A DNA stretch of 64,000 nt from Gonapodya sp. JEL0774 (Eukaryota). This document shows, in pieces, positions 56,111 to 64,000 of the stretch. The DNA is taken from the NCBI GenBank assembly GCA_027604505.1, contig JADIIX010000022.1, forward strand, positions 62,001 to 126,000, written 5' to 3'. A program made the position numbers and the translations under genes. Numbering within the stretch: position 1 is the first letter of the stretch; every line of letters starts with the position of its first letter. The notes under the pieces are model-generated. The model searched no databases. It saw only the letters and a program-made list of their open reading frames with translations, and was not told where the DNA came from.

Positions 56111-58089
56111 ATGATGACCGCTTCCTCTTCCATACCGGCCTCGGAATATACGCCGGTTGTTTTGCCAATGGCTACGATACAAAAGGATTTCAACGTGGAC
56201 CTCGATGCAGCTGTTAACCAAGGGGTGTCCGGTCGATTCTGGCTTTCTTGCTACAGATGGTTCGGTAAGTTTGGAGACGAAACGCCCATTTTCGAAGCTT
56301 GGGAGATGGAAGAAGCCGTTCAGTTGTTTGTGTTCCGAGATGACTCGTGGAGTTGACACAATACCGTTTTCACTCCTCCCTGTCAAGGCCAAAAGTCCCT
56401 CCACGCCTCGATCTCCGTTCGTGATGCAGAAGATGGAAATGACCCAATCAAGCTTGTTTCAGACATTCCCAGTCTTTCTCCCACGTACCTTTCATCTCGA
56501 TCGTGTGCAGTCTCCCCTGCTGCATCTCCAGGCATGGCCCCTATTCAAGATTCGCGCACAGTCTTTAGAACACCAGACATGGAGTCTAAGGTGGTGGACA
56601 AGAAGGTCTGTATTTTGAAGCTGGTTGCTGACGAGCGATAATGAACATGAGTTCGAATCGGCCGGTGGTTGGCTTCCCAGTGAGCGGACAGTGAAGGGAA
56701 GGGAAGGCCGCGATAGCTTGGAATTCTATGAACCAGAGTGGGAGTCTGCTTAAGCTGGTCATCTTCGTGTGCACCTGGTCCCCCCCGCTATCGCGGGTTC
56801 TCAGATAACGCTCTGCCGCCCGTGATTTCTGCACCCAGGTCACGTCGCTCTCTCTCTCACCTGCGGCGTCCCTTCTCGCCGTTTCCTCTCTCAACACCTC
56901 CACAATTTCGATTCTCTCCACGACACCATCCATATCCCGCACACGTACTCTAACTGGCCACAAAGCGCACGTGAATGTGGTGCGTTTCTTTCCATCGGGT
57001 CAAGTCGTCCTTTCTGCCTCGGGTGATATGAGTGCCAAGGTGTGGGATGTCGCAACGGGACAATGTGGTGCGACATTGGTCGCGCATACCGGAGGTGTCA
57101 CTGACGTGGCTATCGTTGCGAGAGGGAGGAATGTAATCAGTGAGTGTCAAACAGGGAGACTGTGACACAGTTAGCGTGGATTATGCTCCGTTTGCACGCG
57201 GTGCCATTCGTACCTTGGCAATTCACCGGGATCTGTTTCCTCCTCTCCTCCCTGTCAGCTTCCTCTCGCGACTCCACAGTCCGTCTCTGGTCTCTGGCCT
57301 CACCCGATACTCCTCTTCGAACAGTGCTTTCACTCACAGGAGATTCCATCACTCGTCTCTCACTAGCAACTTTATCACCATCCACGTCCTCCAATACCTT
57401 TTCCAACGAAGTGGAAACAGGTGGCAAAGCTCTATGGTGCGGTACTGGTTCCGGTAGAATCATCGCGGTGGATTTGAGCGCGCCTGTCAGTGCGGAGGCT
57501 GGGGAGACGAGTATCCAAGGCGCTGTAGCGGATTTGAAGCTCCCAGGAGGGAGACAGAGCGTCACGGCGTTGGCGGCGTCACCAGCACATGGTCTGGTTG
57601 TTGCAGGAGGTACCGGAGGTGTGGTGGGCGTTTGGGATGTCCGAAACACACGGTGGGTGCTTGTTATCTGCACTCCAAGATGATTCGACTGGTGCGGAAT
57701 CACGAACGACCGACGAACTTCACGTTGGACATCCATTCTCTAGCTCGCCTCTGCTCGCTGTCCCCTTCACTCGGACAGATGCCTCCATAACCTATCTTAC
57801 AATCCTACCTCTGCCTCACCCAACCATTCTCTTCTCCACATCGGACGGCCAATGCTCTATTGTATCTTTACGGGACTCCCCCGTCTCCGCACCATCTTCA
57901 TCCCCGCCGCCCGCCCCAGAATCCCCGCAACCCACTTGGTCTTTGTTTCCTGTTGTCACTGACGAGATGGTGGGGCAGGATACCGATGCCGTCGGTGGGT
58001 GCGCGGTTGGTGGGTGGGATGGGAGGTCTGGTGAAATATGGACTGGGGCGGAAGATGGTGTGGTTAGAAAGTACGCAATCAGAATTTGA
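56111..58089 (+). CDS. PAAF1: Proteasome assembly chaperone PAAF1/Rpn14-like WD40 protein
   Basis: N-terminal LPMATIQKDF...FWLSCY; GHKAHVNVVRFFPSGQVVLSASGDMSAKVW; HTGGVTDVAIVARGRNVI..SRDSTVRLW; C-terminal TGAEDGVVRKY. Confidence 0.82.
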
Positions 58090-58242
58090 AGTCATGGTGA
58101 CAGCTTGCAATTGGTGGTAAGGCGTTGATAGGTGCGAGTTTGTTTGGTATAATAAGTGCATTCGGTGTTCTGAGTAGGGGTATAATCCAAAGAGTAATGC
58201 TACCAAGTATCCTCTGAACACTCCACCAAGTATCCGTTGGAC

Positions 58243-59847
58243 TCAAAATCTCTTCGCGCTCTTTCCCCTCGCCATGCTAAAGTATAGCACAATGCCAGCC
58301 ACAGCTCCCCCGACCACCAGCAGTGCCAACAACACCTTCCACCATCCACCACCTCGCCCACTTCCAGAGGGCGAAGGTGGTGGACGGCGCTTGTTGATAT
58401 TTCGGGCGAGGGGGGCGGTGTTTCCGGTTCCACGGGCAATGGGTGGGAGGGCGCGGGCTGCGGTGCGATAGCTATCAGTGTTCTGTGGGAGAAACGGATG
58501 AATGGAGGCAGACAGCAGGTGGCAATGACATTTGGAGATGTTCGTCAACGTGAAGGCATCAAAACCAACACGTGCACTCACCACGACTCCATACGCCGAC
58601 ATGGAGAGAATGTCATGATGGTCCGTGACTTCACCCGTGTGAGCGGAGAATCCCACGTAGCCCACCATGGGGAGCACGACGTTATCAACCTTGAAGCACT
58701 GTTCCCATGCTCCGTCCGCATTCACAGATAAGTCCAGAGTGAGCTCCTGAGCGTCCCTCGAGTACCGCACTCGGGCACGCGTTGGATTTTGTCTATTCCT
58801 GAAGTCGGAGGAGCACCCCGCAATTTCGTTGGCTTTCCCGTCTTTATCCTTATCGTACGACGTTTTTCCGTCGCCAACCATCGCCATCACATAGGGAAAG
58901 AAGGAGCGCCGCGACTCGTCGTTAGCGTAGGTATCAAAGAAAATGCCGAGGCCGCTGAAATTGTCCTGGGCCCCGAACACTGGACCTGTGAATACATCAT
59001 AACGGTGGTAAGGGACTTCGGCTGTCGAACTTCTTGAATCGAGTTCCCTTTTCTGCGGTATCGATGGCAGCAACCCCCGAGTCTACCATGCGCGGAAATG
59101 TGTGTTGACATACCTTGCCCCTTTTCCGACACAACCCAGAATGCAAACCCGTCTCCGTAAACGGGCAGTCCCTTTCCTCCTACTGAGAACTCGAACTCGA
59201 TTAGCCAGTTGGTTGAGGTGAAGGGGATGCGAGAGAAGAGCCAACCGGCCTTGAGTCATTTCCATCAAGGTATTGCATAGTTATTGCCAATGTTGGAAAC
59301 GGTGCACATCGGAATCAGTGTGTATCCCAAACAATGAGTTTTCGAATTCGACAGTATTCAAGTTACTGCTACTATCACAGTGCTCACCTGAGATTGAATA
59401 TCATGTGTTAAGCGAACATATTTGTTCAGCTCAACCACTGTGCTTCCTCCAAAATCGAACCTGCGATTGAGAGCCATTCTTCGTTAGGCCCCCGTTGGAC
59501 AATAAACAATTCAAGAACCCGCACCAATTGCTTGCAAACTGTGTGTCTAAATTGATTCGCGCGTGGTTTTGTCAATGCGATTGCGATATCAGTCAAAGGG
59601 TCGTCCAGACGAATGGAACCTCAGGATTAAAATAGCATAAGTCACTAAAGAAGCTTGACTAAAACGTACCAAGGTATGGCTTCTGAAGAAAGAACGCCCG
59701 AAGGGGAACGAGCGTTTCGCCCGGTTGAAGACCAGGAAAAGACTCAGTTGGATCCACTGCCAGAACAACTTCAAGCAGGGCGGAAGCAAGGACGACAAGA
59801 CTAGCAAGAAGGATCGGCAGCCGTCGTCGTCGGGATGCGGCAGCCAT
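58243..59847 (-). CDS. L-type lectin cargo receptor (VIP36/LMAN2/Emp47-like)
   Basis: Signal peptide; FDFGGSTVVELNKYVRLT; LYGDGFAFW; GPVFGAQDNFSGLGIFFDTYAN; YVGFSAHTGEVTDHHDI; C-terminal TM followed by KSAKRF. Confidence 0.9.
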
Positions 59848-60389
59848 CGCAGTAAGGCCTCAAATTTTCACTGCTGTCCAACTTGATGGGGGTGGTGATG
59901 TGCTGTCACATGGGGGACTCGACACCACATGATAATAAGGTAGTCTGAGTTTGTTCATGATGCGTAAACTAACTAACTTCTTGGGCGCGTAGTTTCTATT
60001 AGCTTGACGTTCTGGTGCTTTCAGTAACTTTCAAATGTATTTTTTTCGAGGTTCTGGTCTGGCACGGTGAAAGTGTCTCGAAGTTTATTGCATCTATGAG
60101 CTCACAAACGTGCAAGACTTCTTGGATTAACAAGGTTTACAGTGCATGACGCTTGATTTTCGTAAATAAAGCACCCTCGTGCACGTGTGGACCGATAGAA
60201 CTGAATGTTTACCCGCGCCTGAAGCTGCCAGTTTTGCCCCCCATTATCACATGGTCATCCAACACAAAAATTGATTAGGTGGTGCGAAGTCTCTTCCTTT
60301 GCAACCGTTCTTGTGCAAGAGTGGCTGGACGGCAGTGTCGCACTCGGAAAATGATTTGGTAGTGGTTCCTCCCAGCCGATCTTGGTCAA

Positions 60390-60520
60390 TTTCCTCACAC
60401 AAGAGCACGACATAGAAGCACAGAGCAGAGGAAGAGGAAGAAATGTGCCCCATTTGTCTGAATGAATTCAATCATGGGGACATGCTCAGGGTGCTGCCCG
60501 CCCTGATTGTTGGAGAGCAT
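60390..60520 (+). pseudogene. Internally deleted RING-H2 E3 ligase remnant
   Basis: EEEEEMCPICLNEFNHGDMLRVLP (N-half of a RING-H2) follows an in-frame TAG at 60413. A shifted frame then gives (C)PDCWR, resembling the terminal CPxCR. The central CxHxFHxxC..W core is absent. Confidence 0.6.
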
Positions 60521-60572
60521 GCAGACCACAGCACCTTTCAACAGTGATAGCCCAAGATCTCGCTGTTGTCAT

Positions 60573-61793
60573 ATGTCGAAAGCGAAGGCAAAAGCGAATT
60601 TTTCATCTTTATCAAAATCTTCGTCGACTCCTATCCCTCTCCCTGTGCAAGAGAGGTCTGGTTCTGTTTCTCACGGCTTCTCTCGTCGTCCTCCAGAAAA
60701 ACGCAATCCTTGGTTCGAATTTGAGTACCGACCAAGCCCAGATGGCGTGGATGAGAATCTTGTGGTGTTTTTTCATGGACTAGGTGAGCAATTGGTCTTT
60801 CTAGGGCTCTCAGCTGGTAGCGGTCTTCCACTTCACCTGTGATTACAAGGCGATTCTCACATCCACGATTCAAGGCGACTCCCCTCGACCATTCGTAGAT
60901 CTTGCTCGCAAGATGAAGCTGCCTCAAACCGCTATCATGGCACTCAAGGCACCATTTCCTGTGCCATACGTGTACGACGATGATTCTCGTGCCTGGTTCC
61001 CTAGTATTAACGAGAGGGATGCCGAACGTCAGTATGGAGCACCTAAAATGGCCAGAATATGAGCGGTTGGCTTGTCTGAAGTTTCTCTTTCATCAATGGT
61101 GTGTCAGAGCTACCACCAAACCACCCTCGGCGCTTCTGGGGTCTTCTATATACACGATTCGCATTGGCACAATTCTTCTCAAATTATATTTTTCCCCGAG
61201 TCCCGCCCACGTCACCTGACTATTACTCCTCGGGGTGGCCTGCCCAGCGCGTGACGCTTTTTGGTTTCTCCCAAGGTGGCTCAATCGCTCTAGACTTCGC
61301 TCTGTTCGGAAGAATGAAAACTCAGACATTGGAGGCGCCTGTACTCGCCGGAGTAATTTCCATAAGTGGGCACCTCCTTCCCGAGCACCTGTCCCTTTAT
61401 TCGAAAAATCGACTCGAAGACGAGTGGGGGCGGGCCAACCAAGGCGTCCGGATTCTCATTACCGCAGGGAGCAAGGATGAAGTCGTGCCGTTGGTTGAAG
61501 CCGAGAAAGCGTTCATAACTACAAGGAGATTGGGACTCGGTGGTCCGGAAGCAACTAATGATGAGGAGGAAACGGGAGACATTTGTAGACTGGTGATTGT
61601 TGAAGGAAAGGGGCATGGAATGGCAGAGGGCAAGGTGAGCAGACAGTAGGTTCCGCGATGACGACGACGTAACCAATGATTTGGTTTTGATGTGAAGGCC
61701 GAGTGGACTGCTATCATGAGCACTCTCGCGAAGTGCACCATTAGACGTGAGATAGCTTTGGAACGAATGTCGGACTTGTATGAAGTTAAATGA
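60573..61793 (+). CDS. Phospholipase/carboxylesterase (acyl-protein thioesterase-like alpha/beta hydrolase)
   Basis: ENLVVFFHGLGD, MKLPQTAIMALKAP, catalytic LFGFSQGG, ITAGSKDEVVP, KGHGM. 4 exons. Confidence 0.88.
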
Positions 61794-62036
61794 CCTGAAG
61801 GGGGTAAATTCGAGGTTGAATCCCAACAGATTTGGGGGCGGCCATGTTTGACAGCTGCAGAACCATCATCGGGCAGAACTGGAAGGGCTCCAACCAGTTT
61901 TCAGCAGAGGTGGCATCCGGTAAACCAAAAAGGTCACAGCAACATTACATCGATCCTCAGTCACAACGCAGGGGAATCACTCACAAGGCTCTTCTGGCGA
62001 TCGTGGAACCCATTTGCTGCTGGCAGACGCCTTCAA

Positions 62037-64000
62037 ATGAGCTCTTCCAACACCACCACACCGGATATAATCATAGTATTTAGGTTCTCGAATGAATTCG
62101 ACCGAGATTTAGCTAAAGATCAACGGAGGAAGAGAGTATGGGATGAAATTCATCAACGATTGTCCACCCCAATTCTTGGCGGCTTAATAGAGCTGAAGAT
62201 GGTAGATGTCGAGAGAGTAGCGATCCTTGTGACCTGTAGCGACGATGCACTCTCAAAAGCGTTTCGAGAAGAAGGGTGAGTATATCTGTTCTTTTGCTTA
62301 TCTCCTGATGCGTTCGTTTCATGTTATGTATCTGACTCACATAATGAACATTAAAGGATTCGCGAGTTTCTTTTCGGTGGACCTGCCTTTTTACTTCCTT
62401 CCGTGCCTCTTGAGGAAATGACCCCGGCGACTCGTTGTCGGCTAGCATTCACCCTTATCACTTCTCCGAAATCCAAAGGCGGTGTTGGAATCGGCCTGCG
62501 CGCTGGGGAGCAAGTTCAAGAAAACGGAGGGAGTATTGGACAAGCTGATTTGGTGGACGTTAGTGAGTTTGTGCCAAGCATTTTCCCGTTGATGGATATA
62601 GAGTTCAACGAAGTGAGTGTGTATTACGGTGCAGACAGGGGCAGGTTGTCAATTAATAAGCATACTCATTCGCTCGACAGAAATGGGTGAATTCCTGGGC
62701 GTTCAAGTACACCATCTCGACATCAGAGCTGGACGCGGTTCGTGATGTTTATGGCGAAGAGGTGGCGTACTATTGTGAGCTGTTGAGCAGGAAAACATCA
62801 CGGCTTTTGTTAACTTTGCCACACTGCAGTTGCTTTTGAGTATTTTTATTTTCAATGGCTCATACCTATCGGTCTTCTCGGCGCCTTTGCCTGGGCCACG
62901 GGCCTCGGGGAGTACCGAACGTGGTGGGCAGCGTCCGTGATCCTATGGGCAATCGCTTTCACTAGCTTTTGGTCTCGCCGTGCCGTGGATTTGAGCCATC
63001 GGTGGGGAACGTTCCACGTGCCAACAACTGAACCCCCCTTGCCAACATACAACGAAGAGAATCCATTTATCAACCCGTTCACCGGGAATCCTATCAACGT
63101 TAAGATTCCTCGTAGCTTCGTGGATCAGCTTTCCGTGGTTCTTGGGGTTGCGAGTGGCAGCCATGCTTTTGAGCGGATCCCAATCGGAACAGTTTTGACG
63201 ACCATGCTTGTTAGCTTTCCAGCGCAGTTTCTCGGATTCCTAGTGTTATTGATAGCAAACGCTGCTGTGTTCTCAGTGGATACCTGGGTGTTTGAGTACT
63301 ATAATGGCCCATGGAAAACCCTGATGACACTCCTTCCTTTGACGGCTTTCCTCATGACTGGGCCCCCGCTTGCGGCAGCTCTCACTTTGATGGCTCGGAA
63401 GCTAAATGGTCTTGAGAACTATCCAACAAATACCTCTCGAGATCGTAATTTGACTTTCAAGCTGTTCGCTGTAAGTGGGAACCAACAGGCATTCTACCCC
63501 CAGTTGCTCATTGAACGTTGTCATAGTGGAACGGCATGGCAGCGCTCTTTCCTGTCCTGTTCCTCATTTATGGTGTGTACTCGCTTTCGTTTTTGATGGC
63601 ACGTATCTCCACGTGGCTCGACTGATTGAACAAACTTCTGTGGATCGAATATCAACTGCAAGTATACATGCCTTTCAGCGGAAAAGTTTGGTGGTTGGGT
63701 AAGCCGCCCCGAAGAGAAAAACTCAAGCAATTGATCGTGAGTGAAGTCAAGAGCAAGCTGCGATTTCTGACCTGTAACACCTTACCGGTTTAAGATCCTT
63801 ATATTGGTAGTGAACCAACTTGTCGATATGGTGAGCATGGCATCCAATCCTTCATTTTTTCTATTCATTTCGTCAACTGGTTCTATTTTGTGCGTCAGCT
63901 CGTCGAAAACCTTCTCCCCCGTGTGTTGACAGCGCTGGGCAAGCAGGCAGAAGCGATTCAACGAAAGGGGGTTGGGAGAACGCTTTCAACTGACGGGATA
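62037..64000 (+). CDS. Anoctamin/TMEM16 (Ist2-like) scramblase/channel, truncated by the window edge
   Basis: MTPATRCRLAFTLITSPKSKGGVGI, IFPLMDIEFN.KWVNSW, LDAVRDVYGEEVAYYFAF, FWSRRAVDLSHRWG, ENYPT....RNLTFKLF; multiple TM segments. Confidence 0.87.

Noticed and set aside
56645..56670. GTTCGAATC resembling a tRNA T-loop
   Set aside because: No acceptor, D or anticodon stems can be built around it.

Overview
Eukaryotic nuclear DNA: gene-dense and intron-rich (short GT-AG introns), read with the standard code. The gene content (axonemal CFAP251/WDR66, GTP-type PEPCK, fungal-type VID27, Sec20 and Ist2/anoctamin) points to an early-diverging, flagellated (zoosporic) fungus; this is inferred, not proven. 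About 24 protein-coding loci were reconstructed by joining exons by hand. In order: possible gene start off the left edge, PPR protein, HSP90 (13 exons), orphan coiled-coil protein, CFAP251, tandem-CWCH2 C2H2 zinc-finger protein with an (EA)n tract, a small spliced 3-TM protein, SEC20, degenerate alpha/beta hydrolase, RNA Pol I largest subunit, ABCG half-transporter, SDHAF4, SMC6, GTP-PEPCK, a GNAT::metallo-beta-lactamase fusion, VID27, FRG1, MRPL4/uL29m, Kv-beta-like aldo-keto reductase, TBCC, PAAF1/Rpn14, L-type lectin, carboxylesterase, and anoctamin (runs off the right edge). No rRNA, tRNA, CRISPR array or recognisable transposon was found. Most interesting: (1) an intronless, bacterial-looking GNAT domain fused in frame to an intron-rich PhnP-like hydrolase, divergent from GTP-PEPCK across a promoter carrying a 4x TGACTC-type repeat; (2) an internally deleted RING-H2 pseudogene; (3) a 15-nt SMC6 microexon resembling the start of the next exon; (4) runs of head-to-tail genes only 60-150 bp apart. 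All family assignments come from recognising motifs by eye; no database searches were run.
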